A stretch of DNA of 64,000 nucleotides from Haliotis cracherodii (GCF_022045235.1 NW_027266308.1:66712001-66776000), one strand, 5' to 3'; positions 47,521 to 61,273 are shown, counted from the first letter of the stretch. Notes: generated by a model not told the origin, from the sequence alone. Numbers and translations are program-made.

Positions 47521-49707
47521 ATGGAATACTGTAAGGGACATTCTCGCGATCTCGCATTCTCGCGATCTCGACCTTTGGAAACAAGCTAAATATGCCCAAA
47601 ACACGAGAAGGTGAGATTTTGGCCAATCTCGCGATCTCGCGTTTTAGACGCTGTCCATGCGCATGCGTTAAATCATAGGTCAAGGCGCATGCGCACGTTA
47701 GTAGTCTTTTGGTCAGGCTTCTTTCATGCTCTTCATTCTCCAAGTAGCATTGAGCAAAATTATGACTTGAGCTTGAAAATGCTATGTAATTTACAACCAC
47801 AAAGTCCTATGTGGAATAGAGTAGGGTAGTCTCCCGTTGTGACACTTTCCTATGTACTTTATATTAAAACCCTCAACATGCTCAATATAATTTAACAAAA
47901 GAAATTGTGTACATGAATGTCAAATGATAGTGATGTGTCCGAAAGCTGGAAACGAAACTATCATTGTCAGTGAGTGAGTGATTAATATTGCTTAAAGCCA
48001 CATCAGCAGTATTGCAGGTATTGGCGGCTACACTGTCAGTTACAAAAATAATCACAAGCCAGTGAGTATCTCAAAGAGGCAATTGTATACACGGCTAGAA
48101 TATTCATTAAAATAAAACTGTCACAGACCAATTTGTAGCATTCGGTTAAAATGATATTTTCCGATGTTTTTTTATACGATACCATATTCGCTACTTTAAT
48201 TAATAGATTTTCATCCGCTCTCGCCTGACAACAAAACATTACATTATTCTAATGCCCTCAAATTCCTAGAAATAGAAGTATCGTTAATATGAGTGTTCCT
48301 ACTTTCCTATGTTCCTCCCTGATAAAATACTCTGTACACGTAGCCCTACTGAACACACATGACGCATGTGAATAGCACCCATCGACAGCAATTGTACATA
48401 TATGCCTAAAGTAGGTCGATAAGAACAAAATGAAACGTTAAAAATAAAATGCCTCCTGTCTCCCATGTTATTAAAATATCAATCAAACTGTAACTATTAA
48501 TTTATTGCGGCCTTAACATCCAAATGACAGGCATGCTTATACTGGAAAAGTACCCCAAATATCCAGCCTGAGGGACCGGCATGGCTCTGAATAAGTTAGA
48601 GTTTGCCTTAACACATCTTTGAACAGTATTTATATTTCAGTTAAATCCCGGCCTGTCGGTTTAAAGGGGCACTAATCTTCTTCTCGGCTGTCTAAAGCCA
48701 CCCTGACACTTGCACGATTTTCGTTCCCACAATGGCTCGCCCTTCGGCGTGCCAATGATTAAAGTCTTCGGGAAGGAGTGTGTGAAGGGTGCCATTGTCA
48801 TAGAGAGAATTTTGAAATGTTAAATAATTCGGCACGCATCAATTTTCGTGACATGTGGGTGCCACTTGCGTGAACCATGCGTGAAGACTGCACGAAGTCG
48901 GCGCGAACACTGCCGAAGGTGCGTGTCAATACGTGCCATGGGAATCCACTGCTCGCTCTGACACGCCATGCCACGCAAACTGTCCACGTTGTGGGCGCGC
49001 ATTCACGCATTCGAGCGTGTCGCGGAGTGATCATGCGGTCGTTAGGGTGTTCTCAACAGTTGTTCACGTAATCATAGAACGCCCAGCTCACGCATAGGTC
49101 GCGCACGTCACCAACCATTCGCGCAATGCACGAACTGCTCAAGAAGTGTTTACGCATTGTTCGCGCGTAGTTCCCGACCAATGAGCGACGACGGCGCTCG
49201 CGTCAGTGCGTATGTAAGCGGGTCCTGGCCATTCTGCAACTTGCCAGCAAACGAACAACATGACGTACAAGGAGAACGTCCTTAGAAGAAGGGGAAGACC
49301 AGTGCAGAAGAGACAGGAAGAGGACAGGCCAGGGACAGAGCAAGAGACACAGATTGCAGACAGGGAGAGGGTTCTTTCTCCTCCTTCCTCCTGGATGTTG
49401 CTCCACAGACACAACTTGACAGTTCTATTTATATATAGAGAGTTTATTTCCTCCAAGTTTCAGGCCATAGCCCATAGAACATACATGATCTCAATAAAGT
49501 GTATGCATAAATACTTGAAAAGAATATAATACACAAATAATACATCAGTGAATTGTGAGTGACTCGCGTAATCTAAAAGCGTGGTAGATACAGTTCTATT
49601 TGAGTCTCTGTAATAACTTCAAGTGAAGTAAAACAGTAAAACAGAAGGAGAGAAACAGAGTGTCCAAGATAAACATTCCTGAGTATAACTGGACAGATTA
49701 GTGTACC

Positions 49708-49780
49708 ATGAAATCAGCAGAATATGTAAAAGACTACCCGAAGTTGTATGACAAGAGACAGAAGAACTGGCTCAATGGGG
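49708..49780 (+). pseudogene. Harbinger Myb/SANT (MADF)-like gene, truncated
   Basis: AEYVKDYPKLYDKRQKNWL resembles the MADF N-terminus; convergent to the transposase. Confidence 0.55.
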
Positions 49781-49814
49781 CACCACCCTCTGCCCTAACA
49801 TCAACATACAAGAA

Positions 49815-50330
49815 CTTATACCTAGCATCTGCAACTGCCATGAGTACAATGCTGTTGAAGCCCTTTGTAATTATAATAGAGGGAGCCTGCTTTGGGTGGC
49901 TTCTTCATAGCAAAGTACTTGCCGTCCAGGGCCCCCAGACAGTTGTGATAGTTCCATCTGGAGCTGAACATCTCAGCAACCTCCTTCCACTCTTCTTCAG
50001 TTTGGGAGCAGCTGAGCACTTCGTCCTTGTAGACCTCAATGATTGCTTTGCACACCTCTGGTATGAAGCTGTACTGTAGACCTGGATAGGAATTTTCAGT
50101 GGCTAGGAAGTGGAGGGTGGCGGCCAGCTTGAGTCCAACTTCAAGCGGTTCTCTCATGAATGTGGCATGTTTCTTAAGGTGAGGGGTTAACTTCTCCACC
50201 ATCTCTTGGAACAGGTCGGATATCATTCTCAGGTAATTCCTGTAGCCTCTGGGATCTTTCTTATGGAGTCCTGTCAAGAGCTGATCATAATGTCCGAACT
50301 GATGTTTTCTAGCCAACCATTCCTTGCTTT
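49815..50330 (-). pseudogene. Harbinger (HARBI1-like) DDE transposase, 3'-truncated
   Basis: YRNYLRM...F, KLAATLHFLAT..SY..LQYSF, WNYHNCLGALDGK, GSLYYNYKG. Confidence 0.88.
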
Positions 50331-52654
50331 CCTTATTCTAGTTAGGGTTGTCTCTTCTTCTTTCTCATGCTCTTCCTCTTGCTCTTACTGCCTTTTCTCA
50401 TGCTCTTCAAGAAGTAATAGTCCTGCAGCTGACATATATAGACACCTTCTCTGTTCTGCAATAACAGTGTCTCTGATATTCAGCATGTTGTATCGTCCAC
50501 AGCGTGTCAAGGAATGAAGCATCTCTTCTATTTGGAGTTTTTGTACATACGCCAACAGCGGGATTGGAAGCGTGCCCATAAGCGGGAAAAAGTGGGACCA
50601 AATATTGCCACGACGACTTCACGCATGCGCGAAGTCGTTGGGGCAATGCGTGGAGATGCGGGAAAACAATGGGAACTATGCGAGTCGTGTGTGACACTAT
50701 GGGACATTCGGTACGGTAGACGTGAAAAATGCGCGAACAATACTTAACCTATGCATCGACAAGTCGTGCCACTGCGTTTCAGTGTGGCCCATTTTTTGCC
50801 GTGCATTGCGTAGACATTGTGTAACTAATGCGTGAACAGTGCGCCAACAGGGCGCAAACGCGGCTTTACGCTCCGCTGCGTACTACCGAAATGGCACGCC
50901 TTGCCACAACGCATTGCGCGGCATTGCAGAGACAAAAATCGTGCAAGTGTCAGGGTGGCATAACACTGCCAGCTTGGGCTCACTATCTGCCGTAAGTCGA
51001 TTAGCTCGCTGACCCAACTGAGCGTGACAAGAGACTGTGCTACCGTTTTCAAGAACACTGGCAACATGTAATCTATGAATCTCAGACAAAGGCGCATGTT
51101 AATTAATTTCTTCAGCCTAAACAAACGGACAATAAGAACGATTGAAGCTCATCGGATGTCATTATTTGGAAATACCCCAGGCGGTTATAGTTTAATAGTT
51201 AAAAAAATGGTATCCCAGGAGTGAAAGCGTTTTCGGATTTTGGATTGCGCAGATAAGTTAGTGTATCATATGCATATTATTTTCTGTTCTTGGATGCATG
51301 GAACAACACTTGGTGGTAATATTTGATTAATATTTGGGACACCCCTGGAACACGCCAATTTCGTAGCGGAGATGTCCTGCAAACGGTGACTATCTTTTGA
51401 CAGAGTTGGTACAAACAAACCCTTTGAGGATTCGAACATGTTTGATGTCAGAAATGGGTTTAGAACAGACTTAGCACACGTCAATTTCGTAGCGGCGATA
51501 CACTGCAAGTTGTGCCTACATGTGACGGATTTGGTACAAGGAAACCCTTTGAGGATTCGAACATGGGTGTAATTCGAACAGTGTAACTTGGAGCCCGCCA
51601 TTGCTGCTTTGCACCTATATTTGCATTTTGTTTTCATTCATTTGCTGTTGCATTGAATAGAATCATTTTTGTTCCTCTTGTTCCTGTAGGCGTATATGTT
51701 ACACTCAATGTGTAAAATGTGATTCACTCAGGCAATTTATGAAATGTCTAATTATTTCAGGAATATACAAATTGACTGAATTCAAGTCCAGATAGAGGTT
51801 CAAAAGGACTTAAAACATCACAATAGACTATTTATCCTAGTATTAGAGTGAGTGAGTGTGTTTGATTTTACACCGCTTTTAGCAATATTCAAGCAATAAC
51901 CACTAGTCTACCCGACCGCCCCTCTAGTATTAGAAGCCAAAACTATAGAAACGTACTTTGAATTTTGTTTTCTTTTAATCCTATCATTTTCAGTCACTGG
52001 GTGATGAAATTAAAACATAAAAATGTTTGGAATTCGTAATAACAATAACATAAATGGACCGATTTTCAGTCAATTTGTAAACTGAATATTTAGCCATTTA
52101 AAAAATTGCCTTAGTGAAACTTTATACATTTTGGCTAAACAATATACCAACAATGAAATACTATCAATAAAAGCGATACATGCACTTACGAATGGCGCAG
52201 CACAGGTCGCGAACTAGTCTAGATTTCTGCTATATCATCCGGATACCCACGGGGTAAAAACAATAACAAAGGCGACAACCAGTCTCAGGGCATTGCTGTA
52301 GATCAGTGCCCCTTTAAAATGGGTGGAAACCTACCATTGTAGGATTCTGGCACATCCAAGGGACGCAACTCTACACAAAGAATTGCGAAAAAAATCAGAT
52401 GAATGAGCCACAAGATAACTGTATGGGTAATTGGCAGAAAAACGCGACATCGCGAGATCGCGACATAAGCCAAGTGTCGCTATCTCGGGTTCTCGCCTTT
52501 TTGAAAATATTAACATATAACTGTATGGGAAATTGACACAAAAGAACGAGAAATATTGGTTGACCCTCGATGATTAGAGAGCCTACATGTTACTGTGGAT
52601 AATGAACATCAACAATACTAAGGCTCTAGGGTTTGACGCCTCTCACTTAAGTCA

Positions 52655-52742
52655 GGTAGCCCAGTGGTGAAAGCGTTCGCTCGTCACGCCGAAGACCCGG
52701 GTTCGATTCACTACATGGGTACAATGTGTGAAGCCAATTTCA
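52655..52742 (+). mobile_element. tRNA-derived SINE head
   Basis: A box TAGCCCAGTGG, B box GGTTCGATTC, then non-tRNA body catgggtacaatgtgtgaagcc; degenerate relative at ~21545-21620. Confidence 0.75.
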
Positions 52743-53572
52743 ATGTCTGACAATAAACTTTAGGATGATCAACACAGAGACATTATATTTTATTCTTATT
52801 TTTGTTCAGACAAATTTGGATAATTATAATAATACAGATCATAGCATTCCAATTTGCATAGTATTTAGAAAGTGCGGCTTGCTTTAAGGAAGAAGCTCAA
52901 CAATGTTTGTCTGTGCATTTATCTCTGTCTGTCCAGCTTTTTTTCGGGACAGGTGGTGCTAGACCTGTGTCCAACATGTTCACAAAACCATGCTGGGTGT
53001 GTTTCTTTCATTAGCACTAGGTGATTAAAACAGTCAGTCCGAGGATGAGAAATGGGGTTGATTACTCCATACACTGTACTTTATACTTCTCTAAATGTTT
53101 TCCATTGGGTTTTAAGTATTGGTGAATCATTTTCAGTAGTCCGATGTTCGATAGGTAACAAGACGATCCATTGTGAACCTATGTCAAGAAATATATCTAC
53201 TATATATTCTCATGGGTCTGTTAAAAGATTATACTCTAATCGATTGTATGAAAGGGGTCAATTCAAATATACAATAGCATTCAAATGGTGTAAAAGTCAG
53301 TAATAGTTCCCATACAAAGAAATACGTTTGACTGATGGTTAGCAACATTTGTAACAGCATGCACGTTTTCCGTGTGAGACTGTCCCTTGATTTGGTACGC
53401 GTACTATAGAGCTCTGAACTGTGCTGTCAGACAAGAGTCGCACCCAACGATCACGTGTTTTAGCCGAACAAATGCATATTTGTGTGACAGCAACAGTCCG
53501 CGTTTAGGGGACGGTATGCATCACACGTGTATTGCAGACTTTGACGAAGCATATGTTTCTATCAATTTTAGA

Positions 53573-53891
53573 ATGACTCCATATTTGATGATAGTTGTCA
53601 TCATATCAACACTTGTGAAAACCTCAGCCTCTCTCTGTCTAGACCACTGTGGCTGGACTACAGGACAGTGGGGAGCATGCAGCCACTCTTGTGGCGGTGG
53701 ATTTCAAACGAGGGAAACATCACTTTGTTGTTTGTTGGGGGAGCAAGCTTATTACTGTCATAAGCGATGCAGTCATTTTGCTACCCCCCCGTCAAAGAGC
53801 AGAGGATGTAACAACATATGCTACAACGGTGGTACTTTTCATGGGCGGTGCAGGTGTAGAGAGGGATACAGAGGTAGATGCTGTCTGGAGG
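53573..53891 (+). CDS. First coding exon of a secreted protein: signal peptide + TSP1 + EGF-like domain
   Basis: MTPYLMIVVIISTLVKTSAS signal; WTTGQWGACSHSCGGGFQTR (TSP1); CYNGGTFHGRCRCREGYRGRCC (EGF); acceptor ttttag at 53571, phase-1 donor G|GTAAG at 53891/53892. Confidence 0.8.
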
Positions 53892-55699
53892 GTAAGACAA
53901 CATTTTACACTGTTTTACCGATGTAGAAAACGCTTAAAATGTTATATCACAGCTGTATTGTGAGAACATTTGGTCATTTGCTTCTGAATATAATTACATA
54001 CATCTTATTATAAAGACAGCATAATAATACAGCAGTAAACACCATCAAAATGTACATACAAATACGAACATGTCTGTTGTACAAATTACAGTGAACTCAC
54101 AAAGACTGCAAATAACTGCATGTAAACCACACATTTGATTATGTTTTAATTATTTGTTATATTACACCTCTGTGTATTTTGTTTTACCATACAATCAACT
54201 TCACAGAATAACCAGTCTCGATTGTCAAACGAAACAGCTTCCATTGGGCATGAAAAGCAAAATTGTGATGTAAATCATATAAAGGCATCACAGAAAACCA
54301 GGTGTTCCCGAAAAGAGTATGTCCTGCTCTATTTCAAGTCGTACTCACACTCACACTCACAATTTGCAAAAAAGGTATTGCTGTCAAATGCCGCACAGCA
54401 GTACTCCTGCCACACGACGGCTCTTTATGGCTGAAACATTAGGGACGATTTCGAATAAGTATAGATTACAGCAAACTGTTCGTCCCAGCACAGACAATCG
54501 TCTTAGGTTGCAATACACTCGTGAACAGTAAATGGAAGCTCGTTCCGTAACTTCGTGCTGCGAAAACACTAATCACTTCGAGGTCAGGGTTGCACACCTT
54601 TCCAATGTTCATATTTGACACTGACTGTTGTTTAAAAAAAAAAATTATTTGAAGTTTGCATTCAGGTTTTCCATTGGACGAGAGATCGATCACATGACCG
54701 GAAATTGACGTTCATAAGTGTATGAACGATACATTTTGACGATCGTACGTTTTTCACGAGACCGTGTTCTTGAAATGACGTAAACACTGACGGACTACTT
54801 CCATATTTAATCATACTTTCACTCCAGATACCAGATTTGATGGCTGATTCAGCTGATTTATAGCGTTATTGAAATATTTCGTCCAACGGCATAAACTGGT
54901 TTGCAAATACATAAAGTTTTGTCAAGTATCATGACACATAATTATACTCACTGTGCCTTTATTCCACTTATTTATAGCGCTATTAAAATATCTCGCCCAC
55001 TGGCGAAACACTTTGCTAACATATTAGTGATAACTTGACCTGTCAGTTTACAAGGATGCAGTGGAACGTTTGAACACTGACACACCAATGGATGCACTTG
55101 ACCTGTGTATGAGCTCCATTGTAAGATGTTTGTGTTTTCTGATGAACGTTCTCTCTTCGCAATTAGTTAATACTAACTGATACAATTGGATACAGATTGA
55201 CAATTTCGCGACAATGTTTCACAGTGTCACAGGGATGTAACTTCGTCGACATTCATCTTTACTCCAGGCGTTTTGTTCTTCTAATGGTAATTGGACTATT
55301 CTTTGTGCATGAGACGGCAGTCTTGAACACAGGTTTTAACTGTGTGGCTTTGTTGTGGTTACTGTGCATTATTCAACACTGACAAATAGCAGAACTTTGC
55401 AATATAATTACAAGCATTTATTCCAAACTGTTTCGTGACGCCACAATGTTGGGGCTGTCATAATTCATAGACATAATACCAGAGAAATGAGGGGCAATTC
55501 GCAGGGCGTAGACCTGTTGACAGAACAAATTAAAGGACAGTCAGTGTTTGTTACTTTTAGGTGTCTGGTCATATTCAAATATAACCCTAAAGAAACACAA
55601 CGTGCTGACATCTTAAAAAAGTATCACCACACACAAATACAGATGTAAACTAATCAAATGTTGAGCGGATGAGAGGTCCATTTTGTCCTGATGTGTTGT

Positions 55700-56110
55700 A
55701 TAGTTTCAACAAAAATCAAAACAGTTGCTCTTGGCTTCAGAAAATTTAAAGCCATTTTCTTGCAAACATTCTTTATTAGAAATAACTGCAGCTATCTGTC
55801 TGTTGATGAACTATACTTGGTCTTATCTATATATGTTTTAGTCGCCATTTTTTTCTGACACCATATCATATATATATAGAGAGAGAACAGCGTCGGTAAC
55901 AATTTGCATATTTGATTAACACCCAGTAAAATATTATATGAATCGGTTCTAAAACTATTTAAATTTACAGAACATGTTACATTAGTATATAAATCCTGTA
56001 CAGCTCGGATCATGTTACATCATATACCCACATATATCAGTTTGTACCAAAAGCATGTACGATACATTCCGTCTAAACTCTCTTATATCAACAAAGTAAA
56101 CAAAATGTTT
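55700..56110 (-). mobile_element. CR1/L2-like RT fragment, highly decayed
   Basis: MIRAVQDLYTNVTCSV.LN...LGVNQ.C.L.PTLFSLYI. Confidence 0.6.
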
Positions 56111-57094
56111 TATGGATAACAACTTATTTATTATTCTGCAATTGCGACGTTTTGGTATAGATTGTTTTACAGTTGGCAAGCAGGACTGGCTGATACACAT
56201 GGCAGAGAATCATATATGGTAGGGTAAGGTTTAAAAGTAACAATAATTGTCATACAAAACCAAAACTTTGCAATTGCAGTATAATAAAGAAGGTGTTATC
56301 CATCCAACATTTCTATCTACTTTGTCATAAATCAACTTCTAAGAAATGCCTATCAAACGATATATAGACAAATAAAACATAGGTTGACATCCTAGAACAT
56401 TTCCGATTGTTTATTATATCATATATAGTGAAAGGTGATAAATACAGTTTCTGTCCGATCTGAAACCAATCTGCTCTTTAGCAAGATTCGTGTTCGATTC
56501 CAACCACTTCCGTATTCTACAGTTCAACACTTTGCAAGGATGGTGTTGATATGAGGGTAATTACTCTGTATTATACAGGGTCGGTGCATGTGCGATAGGG
56601 TTACTCCTTCTCTCCTCGGATGGTGCGTTAGAATTGTCGGAACTGTAGCATACAATACGGTGTAATAGGTCTATACAATGTTTATTGGTTGTACTTATTT
56701 TGGTGTCCCTGTCAACTTCCCCTTCTTCATCATCTTTACTGCAGATTTTACTTCCAGCAAAGACACAGACAAGTACAAGTCCCACTCATATCAATTAGTG
56801 TCAAACTGGCATTTTCTGTGTAGACTTAAGTGTACAAAAGTTCTCACACGATTCACGCATGGATTGTGGTGAAATAGTCATCGTTATCGTCCGCCGCAAG
56901 GGCTGTATGGATATGTAAAGCTTTGGTTGTCTACTTAAATTTGTCAAAATTATGCCTTAAATGAAACTTTATGCACAACTGTTACGTAGACATAAAATAA
57001 ACGCGTGTTTCTGTGTGCACACACTAAGGTTCATTTCAAGTGTAATTGAAATTACATTATGGTCTTCTATAAATCGTATTTCATTGGTTAAAAT

Positions 57095-57775
57095 GAAACG
57101 CTGAGGGTATTGCGAGCTGATTTTCTTTTCAGTGAAGTCGTGTCCCACGCCCGGCGATGACACCAGCATTCTGTGTGTTGACAAAGGAGAAGATAGCAAC
57201 CTTGAATGCTTGATTTCAAACTGTTGATTATGGGTTTCTAACATACACTGTAATCAGGATTTGCTGTGACAGCACCGTATTTCAATCGTTTAAACGCTAC
57301 CTTTTGAAACGCATTTTCAGTGAAGCCGTGCCCCACACCCAGCGATGACAACAGCACCTTGGATGTTCAACCTATTAATTATGGATTTCTAACACACACT
57401 TTTGACAGGATCTGCCGTAACAACACCCTATTTCCTTCGTTTAAATGCTATCTTTTGAAATGCAGAAGGCGTTCCGAGCTTTATTTTCTTTCAGTGAAAT
57501 GGTATCCCACGCCCGGCGATGACACCAGCATTATGAGTGTTGACAAAGGAGAACGTAGCAACCTTAACTGCTTGATTTCGAACTGTTGAATATGGGTTTC
57601 TAACACAAACGTTTTACAGGCACTGCCGTGACAACACTGTATTTCCATCGTTTAAACGCTACCTTTTGAAACGCAGAGTGTATTACGAAGTGAATTTTCA
57701 GTGAAGTCGTGTCCCACGCCCAGAGATGACAACAGCATTATGTGTGATGACAAAAGTGGAGCGTATCTGATAAGA
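57095..57775. repeat. ~170-210-bp repeat array (copy 3, 4 cores)
   Basis: Cores at ~57132, ~57320, ~57494 and ~57701. Confidence 0.85.
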
Positions 57776-60154
57776 CAACATACCTTTTTTATCAGTGCTC
57801 GTGATATAGTCTAAATCATACAAACACTCTGCTTTATTCGATATGGAAAAGATTTTGTCGCTTTATTTATTGAATGTGACCAGAAACCTGAATATAACGA
57901 ATACTTGTTGTCCTTTAGTGTGTTGTGCATGACTCACCCATTGGCACAACAATCGACCCACTCACTACCCACTAGTATAGTGTTGTGCCTGATATTGCAT
58001 AATGCCATGTTTACTCACTCGTCCAAAACTGACATGAGTATAAAGCATTCCTGGCACAACTGATCGTACATTGCATAACGGATATATTACATAAAAACAT
58101 TTTCACTCAGTCACAAATGACAGCGTGAAGCCAACTCTTGCGGCCCTCATGTTGTACATGGCAGGGCTATTCCGAAACACTTCTCTCGTTCCTCCCATAC
58201 TTATACTCAAGTCGACTCTCTCTATACAGGTCTTCATTGCACAATTCCTGTTCACCGTTCCCTGTACTGACTTGATAAGACAACACCCTGCGTACAGGCC
58301 TGCAATATATAAATCCTAAACACCACCCCTGCATACTGTCTCAGTTTAGGATGGCTATGCCTAAGGCATAGTGCTCTGAGTCAAGCTCACCCGCCCGTGT
58401 TTCATCCCCTTAATGCCGAACGCCACGCAATGTACCAAGAAGTACCCATTTTTTTATGTCCATCGATATGACGTTGCCGGGGAACGAACCACTACCTTCC
58501 GCTCTCCCGACAGACACTCTCTCCACTGGACCACAGAGGAGGTCGTCTATCAAACGCTTTATTGCAATATTATTTTTGCTTTTGACCACTCGGCTTGTCT
58601 CAGTCCAATATTATGTCGCAGCAGAATAAGCCACGTGATCCCGACCTACAATTCGGGACAGTAACTAAATAGTCCATGTCCGACACTGCTAACCTAATCA
58701 GCCGGGATTTACCATACATTGTAGTTGTTTGTGCGACGGGTGACACCGGTGGGGCAGGATACGCTAAGCTTATCGCAAACACATAGTACCATCACTTTTC
58801 CATTGTAAATTATGAGCACATGCTCATGATGTACTCGTAAAAACATACAATGGACTCTGCTTTTTCTTATGAATATGGAATAGGTTTTGCGCTATTATTT
58901 ATTTCATGCTCATTAGCTCCATCTTTCTCTTGCATAAAGAAAGATTAAATAAACGTGTCAATAAACATTTAAAAACAAATGTGAGTTTGAAGAGTACTCA
59001 GCAAACACGACAAAGTCAGGCAACCATAACAAAAATTATTCAGACACAAAAGACACTGAAATAACACCGACGACAAACAACCTTTGTAATGTGTTAGGTT
59101 TTGTGATTTGAAATAATCCAATTGAAGATTATGGATGTGTGAGAAAATTAGTGGATCAATGGATAATTCATTTTTCCTTGTTGGTCTATCCATTTGTTTA
59201 TATTAATACTTTTTATATAACTCACTGAATCATGTAAACATGTGCATACAAAAATTATGTTTTACTAGCATCCCAAAAGAAGATGTATAGTTGTTGTCTA
59301 AGTTTACTTGCGGGCTGGTATTTTGTTGCGCCGTTTGTTGTGTTCATGGAAAATCCGCGCCAACAGAACAAGTAATATCATTGATGACACCAGGTGTTCA
59401 CTTTATGACCAATATTCACATGAAGGTCAAACCTTTTTCGGGAGACTTTAAACTCACATTAAACCAGTAAACAGATGATTAAATTGTCATCTGCGACATC
59501 AGCTCGACAATGTTGTAAAACTGTCATTTGTCTGTGCATTTATCTCTGTCTGACCAGTTGTTTGGGGACAGGTGGTGCAAGACCTGTGACCATTATCACC
59601 AGGTGATTAAAACAGCCAGTCCGAGGGTTAGAAATGAGGCTGATTGCTGCATTCACTGTTCTTTCCACTCCTCTAAATGTTTCCCATTGGGTCTCAGGTA
59701 TAGGTGCACCTTTTTCAGTAATCCGATGTTCGTTGGTTAACAAGACAGCATGACCCATTGTGAACCTATGTCAAGAAATATATCTGGTATATATTTACAT
59801 GGGTCTGTTAAAAGGTTATACTCTAATCGCTGAATATATTAAAGGGGTCCATTCAAATTGACAATAGAAATCAAATGGCGTGAAAGTCAATAATAGTTCC
59901 CATACAAAGAAATACGCTTTACTGATAAGGCATGGTTATCAACATTTGTAACAGTGTTGAAATTTTCTCTTTGAGACCGTCCCTTGATTTGGTACTGAAC
60001 TAAGCTGTCAGATAAAAGTCGCACCTCACGCTCACGTGTGCTGAGCCAAACAAATGCATATTTGCGTGACAGCAATAGTCAGCATTTAAGGGACGGTAGA
60101 CATCACACGTGTATTGCTGACTTTAACGAAGCATATGTTACTATCAATTCTAGA

Positions 60155-60456
60155 ATGACTCCATATTTGATGATAGTTGTCATCATATCAACACTTGTGA
60201 AAACCTCCACCTCTCTCTGTTACACACACTGTGGCTGGACTACTGGACGGTGGCGAGCATGCAGTGGGCATCAAACGAGGGACACATCACTTTGTTCTTT
60301 CTGGGGGGAGACTGGAGATCAGTGTCAACGCAGTTATTTTGTACCCCCCCCCCCACCCCCCACCCCCACCCCCACCCAACAAATGCTACAACGGTGGTAC
60401 TTTTAACGGCTGGTGCAGGTGTAGAAAGGGATTCAAGGGTAGATGCTGTCAGGAGG
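60155..60456 (+). pseudogene. Paralog of the TSP1+EGF exon, disrupted
   Basis: Same signal peptide. TSP1 loses the CSHSCGGG motif by deletion, and the EGF part is out of frame after a C-rich tract (~60344-60378). Donor G|GTAAG retained. Confidence 0.75.
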
Positions 60457-61015
60457 GTAAGACCACATTTTAACTCTTTTACCGATGTAGAAAACTCAAA
60501 AACATGCTATATCACAGATATATTGTGAGATCATTTGTCGTTTGCTTCTAAACATAATTACATACATCCTATTATAAAGGCAGCAGAATGATACAGCAGT
60601 AAACGTAATCAAAATGTATATACTATACGACATGTAGTACAAATTACAGTGAACTCACAGAGGTTTTCAACATAACTTCATGTGAACTATACATTTGATT
60701 ATGTTTTAATTACTGTTATATTACAACTATGTATATTTTGTTTTGCAAATCAATAAACTCATAGGTAAATGTATAACATCAATTTCATAGAATTGTCAAA
60801 CGAACGATTCCACTGGGCGTGAAAAGCAAAATAGCGATGTAAATTATATAAATGCATCACCGAAAATTAGATGTTCTCGAAAAGAGTATGTCCTGGTCTA
60901 CAAGTCGTGCTCACACTCACACAATTTGCATTTAAAATATTGTCAAACGCCGCACATCAGTACTCCTGCCACACGACGATGCTTTATGGCTAAAAGATTA
61001 GGGCGTTAAAGGGAA

Positions 61016-61178
61016 AAACAACCCTAGAGAAGAGGAACAGGGAAAAGGTTTAGTTCATGGTATGTACTGTAAAACTGATTTGAATAATGATATTGATTTG
61101 AATATCATTATTCAAAGCAGTTCATAGTACATACCATAAACTAACATATTTCTCTGTTTCTCTTCTCTGGGGTTGTTT
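61016..61178. mobile_element. Foldback (hairpin) MITE-like element
   Basis: Nearly the whole sequence is palindromic: aaacaaccctagagaagag...tttgaataatgatatt / aatatcattattcaaa...ctcttctctggggttgttt. Confidence 0.8.
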
Positions 61179-61220
61179 AACCTGAATCTCGGCCTAGAGC
61201 AGTCGACTTTGGATGATTAA

Positions 61221-61221
<1 letters not shown>

Positions 61222-61273
<52 letters not shown>
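61222..61273. repeat. (CA)n microsatellite
   Basis: Direct inspection. Confidence 0.98.

Larger units (their letters stand above)
48696..50960. mobile_element. PIF/Harbinger transposon, internally deleted
   Basis: ~26-bp TIRs (agccaccctgacacttgcacgatttt / aaaatcgtgcaagtgtcagggtggca), TAA TSD on both sides, convergent transposase and MADF-like remnants. Confidence 0.92.
48665..52313. mobile_element. Kolobok-like non-autonomous DNA transposon
   Basis: TTAA|AGGGGCACTAATC ... GATCAGTGCCCCT|TTAA: purine-purine termini with TTAA TSD (48661-48664, 52314-52317). Confidence 0.7.

Noticed and set aside
51266-51637. Cys-rich 123-aa ORF inside the Kolobok-like element
   Set aside because: It coincides with a two-copy ~126-bp internal repeat and has no recognisable domain.
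52655-52730. Functional tRNA gene
   Set aside because: No convincing acceptor stem, and it runs directly into a SINE body.
57095-57775. Repeat-spacer array resembling CRISPR
   Set aside because: The sequences between the conserved cores are homologous to each other, so this is a tandem repeat.
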